Assembly (NCBI RefSeq): GCF_963921235.1
Contig: NC_086098.1
Coordinates: forward strand, 3,720,001-3,784,000
Reading direction: 5' to 3'
Source of the DNA: Mobula hypostoma
Lineage: Eukaryota
DNA: 64,000 bases
In this document: piece by piece, positions 14,148 to 27,456 of the stretch
How the letters are laid out: the number at the start of each line of letters is the position of its first letter
How positions within the stretch are numbered: position 1 is the stretch's first letter
Made by a program: the position numbers and the translations under genes
Notes under the pieces: generated by a model
Told to the model about the DNA's origin: nothing
What the model saw: only the letters and a program-made list of their open reading frames with translations
Databases searched by the model: none

Positions 14148-15421
14148 TAGTTCACCCATGGACTAGACAGGCCAGTGGGGCCATTTCTGTGCTGCAGTGT
14201 TCTATGACTCTTTCGCCAATTATACTGATTTTTTTGAAATCAGATGAAGGATCTTAATAACCTAAAGACCTATACCTTCGTATTACTGTACAATTCTATT
14301 ATTTAGCTTCTGCAGATTGTAAGATTTCAACAAAATGAATCTGTCAGGAACATTAAACTTGGTCCTTAATTGCTGCACATTGTGAAATAGCATTACCAAT
14401 GACAATGAAGTTAGTTTTGTAACAAGTTGTTTCATGTGCAGGAACAAGTCAACCCATGCATAGTAATAATGGAAAATTAAGTTAATTAGCAACTTGTCTA
14501 TATGCAGCATCGTTAACATATGAAATCATCTAAAAGTACTTTGCGGAAATGCGATCAGCCAAAACTCAGTAAAAGTTTTAATGAACACACACAAAATGTG
14601 GAGGAAATCTTGAGCTGCCATTCAAGGGAGGTACAGGAGCCTGAAGATACACACTCAATTTTCTGGGAACAGCTTCTTCCCCTCCGGCAACAGATTTCTG
14701 AATGGTCCAAGAACACTAACTCACTATACTTTTTCTCTTTTTTTGCACGATATATATACACACATACATACTCACATACACACACACCATAAGACACAGG
14801 AGCAGGTTAGGCCATTCGGCCCATTGAGTCTGCTCTGCCATTCCATTATGGCAGATCCATTTTTCATCTTAACCCCATTTTCCTGCTTTCTCCCCATAAC
14901 CTTTGAGCCCTGACTAGTCAAGAACCTATCAACCTCCACCTTAAATACACCCAATGACCTGGTCTCCACAACTGCCTGTGGCAACAAATTCTACAGATTC
15001 ACCACTCTCTGGCTAGAGAAATTCCTCCTTACCTCTGTTCTAAATGGTCGTCTCTTATTGTATATTATAGTATACTTTATGTATTGCACTGACTGCTGCC
15101 TTGACATATGTCAGTGATCGTAAACCTGATTCTGATTCTAAAGGTTCAAAGTTACATTTAAAATCAGAGTATGTATACAGCCCGAAACTCATCCTTTTCA
15201 CAGATATCCACGAAACAAATAAATCTCAGAGTGAGAGAAACATTAAAGCCCCAAAGCCCCCACTTTGTACAAGCAGCAACAAAACCATTGACCCACACGA
15301 GCAGAAGCCAATACTCCTTGGCTTTTTCTTCCTCCAGTCCTGCCGAAGGGGTTCAGCCCTAAGTGCTGACTATACTTTTTTCCATTGATGCTGCCTGGCC
15401 TGCTGAGTTCCTCCAGCACGT

Positions 15422-15423
<2 letters not shown>

Positions 15424-15474
<51 letters not shown>

Positions 15475-15490
15475 TGTGTCTGTGTCTGTG

Positions 15491-15523
<33 letters not shown>

Positions 15524-15533
15524 GTGTGTGTGT

Positions 15534-15572
<39 letters not shown>

Positions 15573-15618
15573 GTGTGTGGTGTGTGTCTGTGTGTGTGTG
15601 TGTGTGGTGTGTGGTGTG

Positions 15619-15659
<41 letters not shown>

Positions 15660-15730
15660 TGTGTGTGTGTCTGTGTGTCGTGTGTGTGTGTGTGTGTGTG
15701 TGTGTGTCTGTGTGTGTGTGTGTGTGGTGT

Positions 15731-15770
<40 letters not shown>
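15424..15770. repeat. Compound (GT)n microsatellite, about 350 bp, at the tail of a PLE-derived repeat
   Basis: GT dinucleotides interrupted by GTCTGT and GGT variants; directly follows the PLE tail ctgctgagttcctccagca. Confidence 0.98.
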
Positions 15771-15772
<2 letters not shown>

Positions 15773-16129
15773 GTAAGCTGGAAATGATGTGGTTCAAGGA
15801 AGAGAAGGTCTGAGTGAACACTCATGGAGGGGAAGAATGTGGTCAGGTGACCAAGCGATCGTTGAGACAGCAGGCAAGATGAGACGGCACACAGTGAAGT
15901 GTAAGATTGAATGGCGGATGAACACAGGAGGGTTCAAAGGAAGGGAAAGTGAATTGTTACTGAGTGAGGTGGCAGTACACGAAGGAAATCCGAATCAGTA
16001 TCATGTTTATTATTGCGGACATCTGCTGTGAAATTTGCTGTTTCGCGGCAGCGGTGCTGTGCAAGATATGAAAATTATTATAAATGATAAGCAAGCAAAT
16101 ATTGCAAAAGATGAATAACAAAATAGTGT

Positions 16130-18603
16130 TCATGGACCATTCAGAAATCTGATGGCAGTGAGAAAGCAGCTGATCCTAAAACAGTAGGTGACACACACAA
16201 AAAGCTGGAGGAACTCAGCAGACATAGAAAATAGGTGCAGGAGTAGGCCATTCGGCCCTTTGAGCCTGCACCGCCATTTATTATGATCATGGCTGATCAT
16301 CCAACTCAGAACCCCGCCCCAGCCTTCCCTCCATACCCCCTGACCCCCCGTAGCCACAAGGGCCATATCTAACTCCCTCTTAAATATAGCCAATGAACTG
16401 GCCTCAACTGTTACCTGTGGCAGAGAATTCCACAGATTCACCACTCTCTCTGTGAAGAAGTTTTTCCTAATCTCGGTCCTAAAAGGCTTCCCCTCTATCC
16501 TCAAACTGTGGCCCCTCGTTCTGGACTTCCCCAACATCGGGAACAATCTCCTTGCATCTAGCCTGTCCAATCCCTTTAGGATCTTATACGTTTCAATCAG
16601 ATCCCCCCTCAATCTTCTAAATTCCAACGAGTACAAGCCCAGTTCATCCAGTCTTTCTTCATATGAAAGTCCTGCCATCCCAGGAATCAATCTGGTGAAC
16701 CTTCTTTGTACTCCCTCTATGGCAAGGATGTCTTTCCTCAGATTAGGGGACCAAAACTGCACACAATACTCCAGGTGTGGTCTCACCAAGGCCTTGTACA
16801 ACTGCAGTAGTACCTCCCTGCTCCTGTACTCGAATCCTCTCGCTATAAATGCCAGCATACCATTCGTCTTTTTCACCGCCTGCTGTACCTGCATGCCCAC
16901 TTTCAATGACTGGTGTATAATGACACCCAGGTCTCGTTGCACCTCCCCTTTTCCTAATCGGCCACCATTCAGATAATAATCTGTTTTCCTATTTTTGCCA
17001 CCAAAGTGGATAACTTCACATTTATCCACATTAAATTGCATCTGCCATGAATTTGCACCCTCACCCAACCTATCCAAGTCACCCTGCATCCTCTTAGCAT
17101 CCTCCTCACAGCTAACACTGCCACCCAGCTTCGTGTCATCCGCAAACTTGGAGATGCTGCATTTAATTCCCTCATCCAAGTCATTAATATATATTGTAAA
17201 CAACTGGGGTCCCAGCACTGAGCCTTGCGGTACCCCACTAGTCACCGCCTGCCATTCTGAAAAGGTCCTGTTTATTCCCACTCTTTGCTTCCTGTCTGCT
17301 AACCAATTCTCCACCCACACCAATACCTTACCCCCAATACCATGTGCTTTAAGTTTGCACACTAATCTCCTGTGTGGGACCTTGTCAAAAGCCTTTTGGA
17401 AATCCAAATATACCACATCCACTGGTTCTCCCCTATCCACCCTACTAGTTACATCCTCAAAAAATTCTATCAGATTCGTCAGACATGATTTTCCTTTCAC
17501 AAATCCATGCTGACTTTGTCCGATCATTTCACCGCTTTCCAAATGTGCTGTTATCACATCCTTGATAACTGACTCCAGCAGTTTCCCCACCACCGACGTT
17601 AGGCTAACCGGTCTATAATTCCCCGGTTTCTCTCTCCCTCCTTTTTTAAAAAGTGGAGTTACATTAGCCACCCTCCAATCCTCAGGAACTAGTCCAGAAT
17701 CTAACGAGTTTTGAAAAATTATCACTAATGCATCCACTATTTCTTGGGCTACTTCCTTAAGCACTCTAGGATGCAGACCATCTGGCCCTGGGGATTTATC
17801 TGCCTTCAATCCCTTCAATTTACCTAACACCACTTCCCTACTAACATGTATTTCACTCAGTTCCTCCATCTCACTGGACCCTCTGTCCCCTACTATTTCT
17901 GGAAGATTATTTATGTCCTCCTTAGTGAAGACAGAACCAAAGTAATTATTCAACAGGTCTGCCATGTCCTTGCTCCCCATAATCAATTCACCTGTTTCTG
18001 TCTGCAGGGGACCTACATTTGTCTTTACCAGTCTTTTCCTTTTTACATATCTATAAAAGCTTTTACAGTCCGTTTTTACGTTCCCTGCCAGTTTTCTCTC
18101 ATAATCTTTTTTCCCCTTCCTAATTAAGCCCTTTGTCCTCCTCTGCTGAACTCTGAATTTCTCCCAGTCCTCAGGTGAGCCACTTTCTCTGGCTAATTTG
18201 TATGCTTCTTCTTTGGAATTGATACTATCCCTAATTTCTCTTGTCAGCCACAGGTGCACTATCTTCCTTGATTTATTCTTCTGCCAAACTTGGATGAACA
18301 ATTGTTGTAGTTCATCCATGCAACCTTTAAATGCTTGCCATTGCGTATCCACCGTCAATCCTTTAAGTGTCATTTGCCAGTCTATCTTAGCTAATTCACA
18401 TCTCATACCTTCAAAGTTACCCCTCTTTAAGTTCAGAACCTTTGTTTCTTAATTAACTATGTCACTCTCCATCTTAATGAAGAATTCCACCATATTATGG
18501 TCTCTCTTACCCAAGGGGCCTCTCACGACAAGATTGCTAATTAACCCTTCCTCATTGCTCAAAACCCAGTCCAGAATAGCCTGCTCTCTACTTGGTTCCT
18601 CGA
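16130..18603 (-). pseudogene. CR1 ORF2 (partial endonuclease + RT) with one in-frame stop and an apparent C-terminal frameshift
   Basis: ORFs 18449..18703 and 16130..18406 are in the same frame, split by one TAA at 18449; the C-terminus departs from the GYGEKAG ending seen in the 30747..31076 copy. Confidence 0.85.
16224..18603 (-). mobile_element. Young 5'-truncated CR1 LINE inserted into a PLE-derived repeat
   Basis: 758-aa ORF with complete RT (QSQHGF, YLDFQKAFDKV, GVPQGSVLGP, KFADDTK); candidate TSD cagac at 16219-23 and 18604-08; the host repeat resumes on both sides. Confidence 0.95.
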
Positions 18604-20126
18604 CAGACCAGGCATCAACTATGGAAAAGAGTAAACAGTCGATGGTTTGGGCTAAGACACCATCAGTCTGAGAGAGGAAAATGGTCAGGGAAAGGGGAAT
18701 CATGGTTGGGAAAAGGGGAAGAGAGAGGGGACAGAGAGCGAAGCACCAGACATTCTATAATGATCAATAAACCAATTGTTTGGAATCAAAGTGTGCCTGC
18801 AGCCATCTGCTCCACGTTAACAAATACAGCAGTGTGCATCCTAGTGATATGCAATATGTGTCCAAGACTTTGCACAGTACTGTATGTGTAATTCAGTAAG
18901 TTACGGTGTGTGTTGGTGGGCCACAAGTGTGATCAACTGTTTAGTCAAACATATGGGCCTAATGGAGAAAGAAAAAAAGCAGACACGTTTCCAGACTAAT
19001 TGTGGCCAATAAGCCTGAAGACAGGCTACAATTGACTTGAGTACAGATTAGCAGATATGGTAGAGGACTATAAGACCATAAGTCATAGGGGCAGAATTAG
19101 GCCATTCAGTCCATTGATCCTGCACCACTATTCCATCATGGCTGATCCAGAATCCCACTCAACCCCATACACCTGCCTTCTTGCCATATCCATTGATGCC
19201 CTGACCAATCAGGGAACTATCAGCTTGCGCCTTAAATATACCCACGGACTTGGCCTCCACTGCAGTCTGGCAGAGCATTCCACAGATTCACTACGCTCTG
19301 GCTAAAAATATCCCTGCTTAGCTTTGTTCTAAAATGTCACCCCTCAATTCTGAGGCTGTGCCCTCTAGTTCTGGATACCCCACTGATACCCCCACTACAG
19401 GAAACATCTTCTCCACATCCACCCTCTCTAGTCCTTTCAACGTTCGGTGGGCTTAAAGGAGATCCCTACGCATTCTTCTAAATTCCAGTGAGTACAGGCC
19501 CAAAGCTGCCAAATGCTTCCCATGTGTTAACCACTTCATTCCCAGAATCATCCTCATGAATCTCCTCTGGACTCTCTCCAATGACAATACATCCTTTCTG
19601 AAATCAGGGGCCCAAAACTGTTTGCAATAATCCAAGTGCGACCTGACTAGTGTCTTATAAAGGCTCAGCATCAACTCCTTGCTTTTATATGATATTCCCC
19701 TTGAAATAAATGCCAACATTACATTTGCCTTCTTTACCACAGATTCAACCTGTAAATTAACCTTCTGGAAGTCTTGCACTAATCCCTCTGTGCTTCTGAC
19801 ATTTGCATTTTCTCCCCATTTAGATAATAGTCTGCACTTTTGTTCCTTTCACCAAAATACATTATCATACATTTCCCAACACTGTATTCCATCTGCCACT
19901 TTTTTGCCCATTCTTCCAATTTGTCCAAGTCCTGCTGTAATCATATTCCTTCCTCAGCACTACCTACCCCACCACTTCTCTTTGTATCATACACAAACCT
20001 TGCCACAAAGCCATCAATTCCATTACCTAAATCATTGACAAACAATGTGAAAAGTAGCGGTCCCAATACTGACCCCTGAGGAACACCACTGGTCAATGGC
20101 AGCCAACCAGAAAAGCCCCCTTTAAT

Positions 20127-20336
20127 CACAAACAAGAGAAAATCTGCAGATGCTGGAAATCCAAGCAATACACACAGAATGCTGGAGGAGCTCAGCAGCC
20201 CAGCCAGCATCTATGGAAAAAAAGTAGTCAACGCTTCAGGCCGAGACTTGGGTTTCGGCCCAAAATGTCAACTGTACTTCTTTTTCATAGATGCTGCCTG
20301 GGCTGCAGAGTTCCCCTAACATTTTGTGTGTGTTGC
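20127..20336. mobile_element. Palindromic PLE-derived mini-element
   Basis: Two inverted copies of the PLE terminal repeat meet near 20245; flanked by near-duplicated aagccccctttaat / aaggccccttttat. Confidence 0.75.
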
Positions 20337-20593
20337 AAGGCCCCTTTTATTCCCAACTGCTGCCTCCTGCCTGTCAGCCATTCCTCTATCCATACCAGCA
20401 TCTTTCCTGTATTGCCATTGGATTTTATCTTGTTAAGCAGCCTCATGTGTGGCACCTTATCAAATGCCTTCTGAAAATCTAAGTGACATCCACTGCCTAT
20501 CCTTTGTCCTCCCTGCTTGTTATTTCCTCGAAAAACTGAATAGATTTATCAGGAAAGATTTCCCTTTACAGAAACCATGCTGAGTTTGACTTA

Positions 20594-22204
20594 CAGTGCC
20601 TATAAAAAGTATTCACCAACCCACCCACCCCACCTTGGAAGTTTTCATGTTTTATTGTTTTATCTCATTGAAACACTGTTGATTTAATTTGGCTTTTTTG
20701 ACACAGATCAACAGAAAAAGTCTCTTTCATGTCAAAGTGAAAACAAATCTCTATAAAGTGATCTAAATTAATTACAAATATAAAACAAAATATTTGATTG
20801 TGTAAGTACTCACCTCCTTCAAGTCAGTATTTAGTAGATGCACCTTTGGCAGTAATTACAGCTTTGAGTCTGTGTGGATAGGTTTCTATCAGCCTTGCAC
20901 ATCTGGACACTGCAATTTTCCCCCATTCTTCTTTACAAAACTGCTCAAGCTCTGTCAGATTGCATGGGGAGCAGCCCTTTTCAAGTCCAGCCACAAATTC
21001 TCAGTTGGATTGAGGTCTGAACTCTGACTTGGCCACTCCAGGACATTAACTTTGTTGTTTATAAGCCATTCTTGGGTAGCTTTGGTTTTATGCTTGGAGT
21101 CATTGTCTTGCTAGAAAACAAATCTTCTCCCAAGTCACAGTTCTCTTACAGACCACATCAGATTTTCCTATATTTTACTGCATTCATTTTACCTTTACCT
21201 TCACAAACCTACCAGGGCCATTCCATGAAGTATCCCCACAGCATGATGCTGCTACCACCCTGCTTCACATTGGGGATGGTGTGTTTTTGATGCTATGCAG
21301 TGTTTGGCTTACACCAAACATAACATTTAGTCTGATGGCCAAAAAGCTCAATTTTGGTTTCATCAGACATTAGAACCTTTTGCCAGCTGACTTCAGAGTC
21401 TCCCACATGTCTTCTGGCAAACTCCAGAGGCAAGTTTTCATGTGAGTTTTTTTCAACAGTGGCTTTCTCTTTGCCACTCTCCCATAAAGCTCTGACTGGT
21501 GAAACACCCAGGCAACCGTTGTTGTGTGTGCAGTCTCTCCCATCTCAGCCACTGAAGCGTATAACTTCCCCAGAGTTGTCATAGGTCTCTTGGTGCCCTC
21601 CCTCACTAGTCCCCTTCTTGCATAGTCACTCAGTTTTTGAAAACAGCCTGCTCAAGGCAGATTTACAGCGGTACCATATTCTTCCCATTTCCTGATGATT
21701 GACTTAACTGTACTCCAAGGTACATTTAATGGCTTGGAAATTTTCCTGTATACATTTCCTGCCTTGTGCTTTTCAGTAACCTTTTCACAGAGTTACTTGG
21801 AGTGCTCATTTTGTTTTCATGATGTAGTTTTTGCCAGGATACTGACTCACCAGCAGTTAGACCTTCCAGATCCAGGTGTATTTTACTACAATCAATTGAA
21901 ACATCTTGACTCCACACAGGTGATCTCCATTTAACTAATTAGGTGACTTCTGCATTAGTGATGATTTTGGTTTGTTATATTAGGTGGGGGGGGGGGGTGA
22001 ATACTTATGCAATGAATTATTTTGTGTTTTCGATTAGTAATTAATTTAGATCACTTTGTAAAGATCTGTTTTCACTTTGACATGAAAGAATCTTTTTCTG
22101 TTGATCTGTGTTTAAAAAACAAATTAAATCGACTGTGATCCTATATCGTAAAACAATAAAACATAGAAACTTCCAAATGAGGTAAACACTTTCTATAGGC
22201 ACTG
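20594..22204 (-). mobile_element. Full-length (1.6 kb) Tc1-like transposon with long TIRs and dead transposase
   Basis: TA|cagtgcctataaaaag ... tttctataggcactg|TA; TIRs of about 210 bp; minus-strand fragments GRVAKRKPLLKK and SDETKIELFG. Confidence 0.93.
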
Positions 22205-22961
22205 TATTTTATCATTAGTCTCCAAATTCCCCAAAACCTCATCCTTAATGATAGACTCCAATACTTTCCCAACCACTGATTTTAGACTAACTGGCCTATA
22301 ATTTCCCTTCTTTTGCCTTCCTCCCTTCTTAAAGAGTAGAGTGACATTGGCAATCTTCCAGTCCTCTGGCTCCATGCCAGAATCTTGTGATCCTTGAAAG
22401 ACCATGACCAATGCATCTGTTATCTCTTCAGCAACCTCTCTCGAGACTCTGGGATGTAGTCCAACTTGCCCAGGTGACTATCTGTTTTTTGCACAAAATT
22501 TAATCTATTTAATATACAAATACTGTAATTGATTTACTTATTTATTTATTATTATTTTTTTTCTTCTTCTATATTATGTATTGCATTGAACTGCTGCTGC
22601 TAGGTTAACAAATTTCACGTCACATGCCAATGATTACAAACCTGATTCTCTGCTAGATTTCCACTCAACAGGAGAGTTTAAAGTTCAAAGTAAATTTATT
22701 ATGAAAGTACATGTATGTCATCATATACAACCCTGAGAATCATTTTCTTGCAGGCATTCACAGTAAATCCAAGAAACACTAGCAGCATCAATGAAAGACC
22801 ACACCAACTTGGGCATTCAACCAGTATGCAAAAGACGACAATCTGCAAATACAAAAAGAAAGAAATAATAATAAGCAATAAATATCAAGAACATGAGATG
22901 AAGAGTCATTGAAAGTGAGTCCATTGGCTGTGGGAACAGTTCAGAGACGGGGCGAGTGAAC

Positions 22962-23746
22962 CATCTTATACACCTCTATCAGGTCACCTCTCATCCTTCG
23001 TCGCACCAAGGAGAAAAGGCCGAGTTCACTCAACTTATTCTCATAAGGCATGCTCCCCAATCCAGGCAACATCCTTGTAAGTCTCCTCTGCACCCTTTCT
23101 ATGGTTTCCACATCCTTCCTGCAGTGAGGCGACCAGAACTGAGCACAGTACTCCAAGTGGGGTCCTATATAACTGCAACATTACCTCTGGCTCCTAAACT
23201 CAATCCCATGACTAATGAAAGCCAATACACCGTATGCCTTCTTAATCACAGAGTCAACCTGCGCAGCTGCTTTGAGTGTCCTGTGGACTCGGACTCCAAG
23301 ATCCCTCTGATCCTCCACACTGCCAAGAGTCTTACCATTAATACTATATTCTGCCATCATATTTGACCTACTAAAATGAACCACCTCACACTTATCTGGG
23401 ATGAACTCCATCTGCCACTTCTCAGCCCAGTTTTGCATTCTATCAATGTCCCGCTGTAACCTCTGACAGCCCTCCACACTATCCACAACACCCCCAACCT
23501 TTGTGTCATCGGCAAATTTACTAACCCATCCCTCCACTTTCTCATCCAGGTCATTTATTAAAAATCACAAAGAGTAGGGGTCCCAGAACAGATCCCTGAG
23601 GCACACCACTGGTCACACCATGCAGAATATGACCTGTCTACAACCACTCTTTGCCTTCTGTGTGCAAGCCAGTTCTGGATCCACAAATCAATGTCCCCTT
23701 GAATCCTTACTTTCTCAATAAGTCTTGCATGGGGTACCTTATCAAA
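22962..23746 (-). mobile_element. CR1 LINE RT fragment
   Basis: KFADDTKVGGVVDSVEGCQRLQRDID; near-identical to the 10800-11640 copy. Confidence 0.9.
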
Positions 23747-23884
23747 TCAGGTTGAAAGGTGAAATGTTTAAGGGGAACATCAGATCATAAGATAAAGGAG
23801 CAGAAGTGGGCCATTCAGCCCATCGAGTCTGCTCCGCCATTTTATCATCAGCTGATCCATTCTCTCATTTAGTCCCACTCCCCC

Positions 23885-24187
23885 ACAACAAGCTGGAGGA
23901 ACTCAGCAGGTTGGGCAGCATCCGTGGAAAAGATCAGTCGACGTTTCAGGCCGGAACCCTACGTCAGGACTGAAGAGGGAAGGGGCAGAGGCCCTATAAA
24001 GAAGGTGGGGGGAGGGTGGGAAGGAGAAGGCTGGTAGGTTCCAGGTGGAAAACAAGCAAGGGGAAAGATAAAGGGGTCGGGGAGGGGAGGTAGGGAGGTG
24101 ATAGGCAGGAAAGGTGAAGAAAGAATAGGGGAAAACACAATGGGTAGTAGAAGGAGGTGGAACCATGAGGGAGGTGATAGGCAGCTT
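23885..24187 (-). mobile_element. PLE 3' terminal repeat fragment with hammerhead motif (A9 mutated) at 23934-23973
   Basis: Nearly identical to 41355-41655; core reads CUGACGU instead of CUGACGA. Confidence 0.85.
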
Positions 24188-24994
24188 AGTCCCATTCCCC
24201 CACCTTCTCAACAAACATGAGGGAGAACATTTTCAGCCAGAGGGTGATGAGAGCGTAAATGGTGGCTGGGGTTCAATTTCAACATTTAAGAGACATTTGG
24301 ATCAGTACATTGATGGGAGGGGTATGGAGCGGTTTGCTCCAGGCACAGGTCGTAGTTTGCGTGGACTAGGTGGGACAGAAGGGCTGTTTGCTTGCTGTAG
24401 ATCTCTTTGACTCTATGCAGCACGCTAACAAACCCTTCCAGTCAATGAGTCCAGGCTGAGCAATTGCTCCGATGTGACCAATTAACCAACTAACTGCTGA
24501 ATCCTTGGAGTGTGGAAGGAAACTGGAGGAAATCCACACAATCACTACAGACAACGGCGGGGGGGGGGGTGGGGGATTGAAACCGGGTCACTAGCCCTGT
24601 AATAGTGTTACACTAACTGCCACACTACTGTCCCGTCCCATCCTCACTGTCACTACATATACAGTAACCCAGCCATAAACCAGAATTTCTCAGGATACAT
24701 CGGGTGCCCAAGACATGTACTGACATATTATTGGAAGATTCTGGTACAGGTGCATGCACACTAAATGAATCTATTCTGTCTGGATGTATACCAGCTTCAT
24801 GTGGCAACCACAAGAAACTGCAGTCAGTTGTGGACATGGCTCAGCACACCATGAAAACCAGCCTTCTCCCAATGGACTCTTTCTATACGTCTTGCTGCCT
24901 CAGTAAAACAACCAGCAGAGTCAAAGATCCCAGCCACCTTGGACATTTTCTCTTCTCCACTCTTCCATCTGGCAGAAGATACAAAAGCCTGAGA

Positions 24995-25396
24995 AGCTCT
25001 CTTTGTGTTACCTCTGCTCCTCATCTGCCTATCACCTCCCTCTGGTGTCCTTCCTCCTTCCCTTTCTCCCATGGTTCCCTCTCCTCTCCTATCAGATTCC
25101 TCCTTCTCCAGCTCTTTGCCTTTCCCACCTATCACTTCCCAGCTTCTTTCTTCATCCCCACTCCCCCCCACCTGATTTCACCTCTAACTTTCTAGCTTCT
25201 CCTCTTTCGTCCCCCCACCTTAATTCCCCCTTCCCCCATCTACCGCCTTCTTTTTGAGTCCTGAAGAAGGGTATCAGCCTGAAATGTTGACTGTTTCTTT
25301 TTCATTTCCATAGATGCTGCCTGATCTGCTGAGTTGTTCCAGCTTTTTGAGCATTTAGCGCTGAATTTCTAGCATCCGCAGAAACTCTTGTGTTTA
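24995..25396 (+). mobile_element. PLE 3' terminal repeat fragment with aged hammerhead motif at 25257-25293
   Basis: Pyrimidine-rich tract, then agtc-ctgaaga-agggtatcagcct-gaaatgtt-gactg and the PLE tail. Confidence 0.8.
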
Positions 25397-25518
25397 TAAA
25401 ATGGGTTAGGGTAGGATTTGTGTTAAAGGGGCTGCTGGATTGTTAGTTCAGTCTCAGGGGGCTGAAGGACCTCTTTCCGTATTGCATTGCTCTATAACAG
25501 TAAAAAATCTGTTATCTA

Positions 25519-26186
25519 GGAGGAGGAGAAGATGGCGGCGCGATGCAGCACGTGCGGCCTCTCTGGTGATGAATATCTATAATCTGTCAAGTAGGAGGCT
25601 GATTTGATGGAGACAGACATGAGAGCATGGAGGAACATCTGGTGAAACTACTGAAATGCCTGCTTCGCTGCTGCTGCTACTGTGTGATCCGAAATATCCA
25701 GAGGAGAAGGCCCCAAATCCTCGGCTTTGCTTGTTGCTCGGCGGCCGGGGCCGGGGTCGAAGTGCTCGGCAGAGATGGTGCTCAGTGCTCGGTGTCGGAG
25801 TGCTGGTCAGAGGCTCGAAGTTTTCGGACGGACTCAGAGTCGGCTGTGGTCGGGTGCTTCCAGGACGTTGCATCAGCAAGTTTGCGGCGCTGGAAGCTCA
25901 TGGCAGGGAGAGTTTCTCCCTTCTACCATCTGCATGAGATGTGGGGCTATCGGGACTTTGAGACTTTTTTTTACTGTGCCCATGGTCTGCTCTTATCAAA
26001 TTACGGTACTGTATTGCTTTGCACTGTTGCAACTATATGTCATAATTATGTGTTTTTTGTCAGTTTTAGTCTTGGTCTGTCTTGTGTTTCTGTGATATCA
26101 TACTGGAGGAACATTGTATCATTTTTTAATGCATGCATTTCTAAATGACAGTAAACGAGGACTGAGTGTCCTCATAATCTAATCTA
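25519..26186 (+). mobile_element. CpG-rich non-autonomous LINE derivative (Rex1/Babar-like 5' head and 3' tail, no RT)
   Basis: Starts ggagaagatggcggcg; ends aaatgacagtaaacgaggactgagtgtcctc(ataatct)n; no RT motifs between. Confidence 0.55.
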
Positions 26187-26395
26187 CACGAAACACTACT
26201 GTGTTTACACAGAATGCTGTCATGGGAAAACAGCGTATCTATCATCAGAGACCACCACCACCCAGCACATGCTCTCCTCTTGCTGATGCCATCAGGCAAA
26301 GATACAAGAACCTCAGGACCCATACCACCAGGTTCAGGAACAATTATTTCTCCTCAACCAGAGGAGATAACTTCACTCAACTTCACTCAACCCTT

Positions 26396-26732
26396 AGGTG
26401 TATAAGATAAAGAAAGGCATTGATCATGTGGCTAGTCAGAGGCTTTTTCCCCAGGGCTGGAATAGCTAGCACAAGAGGACACAGTTTTAAGGTGCTTGGA
26501 AGTAGGTACAGAGGAGATGTCAGGGCTAAGTTTTTTATGCAGAGAGTGGTGAGTGCGTGGAATGGGCTGCTGGCGGCGGTGGTGGAGGCGGATATGATAG
26601 GGTCTTTCAAGAGACTCCTGGACAAGTACATGGAGCTTAGAAAAGTAGAGAAGTATGGGTAACTCTAGGTAATTTCTAAGGTAAGGACATGTTCGGAAGG
26701 CCTGTGTTTTGCTATAGGTTTTCTATGTTTCT
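26396..26732 (+). mobile_element. CR1 3' end
   Basis: STRGHSFKV...FFMQRVVSAWNGL C-terminus and ttctatgtttct tail. Confidence 0.88.
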
Positions 26733-27456
26733 TAACCGGTGACCTTCATTTCTGGTAAAACATTCATTGCAAACCACTGCACCAGCTGGCACTGTAACTC
26801 ATTGAGTCCTATTATGGAAACAAGCTGGCCAGCCAATCACATCTGCATTGACTAGGGGTCATTCATCCATATTCATCCCATCCTTGGCCTGTAGCTTTCT
26901 ATGTCAAGGCAACTCAAGTGCTTGTCTAGACACTTCTTGCACGTTGGGTCCCTGGTTCCATGACTTCCTGTTCAGTTTGCCGGGAGCTTCCAAAAATTCG
27001 TATTACCCCCTCCACCCCCATCCCCAACACCTTATGCAGCCAGCCAACAGCTATGGTTCCCCTGTGACTGATCCACGTCCCAGTAAATATTCCGAACAAC
27101 AGGCAGTAGAGGCATCCTGACCACTGCATAACCAGCCGGTACTGGGATTGCAAGGCACCTGGCTGCAAGTACTATAAAGGATTGTGAGGATTGCTAAGAG
27201 GATCATCAGCGTCTCACTTCCACCCATCCCAGATATTGATCAGGAGCGCTGTGTACATTGGCCTTTAGGACTGTTAATGATCCCACACTTCCATTCAACA
27301 ATCTCTTTGACCCTCTACCATCAGGCAGAACGTACTGTAGCATTAGGACAGGAACTGTTACGGTGGGAAACAGCTTCTTCCCCCAGACCGTGTGACTACT
27401 GAACTCCCTGTCACCACCCAGGTCTTATCACGTATGAAGCACCAATGATGTTACAC

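Larger units (their letters stand above)
19070..22480 (-). mobile_element. CR1 LINE interrupted by a PLE palindrome and a Tc1
   Basis: RT fragments (19453..19779, 19941..20210, 22193..22411) are collinear across the insertions. Confidence 0.88.

Noticed and set aside
15243..15825. Five long His/Thr- or Cys/Val-rich ORFs
   Set aside because: Translation artefacts of the (GT)n microsatellite.
16452..17513. 170-aa + strand ORFs (similar ones at 30892 and 52249)
   Set aside because: Antisense shadows of CR1 ORF2, recurring in each copy.
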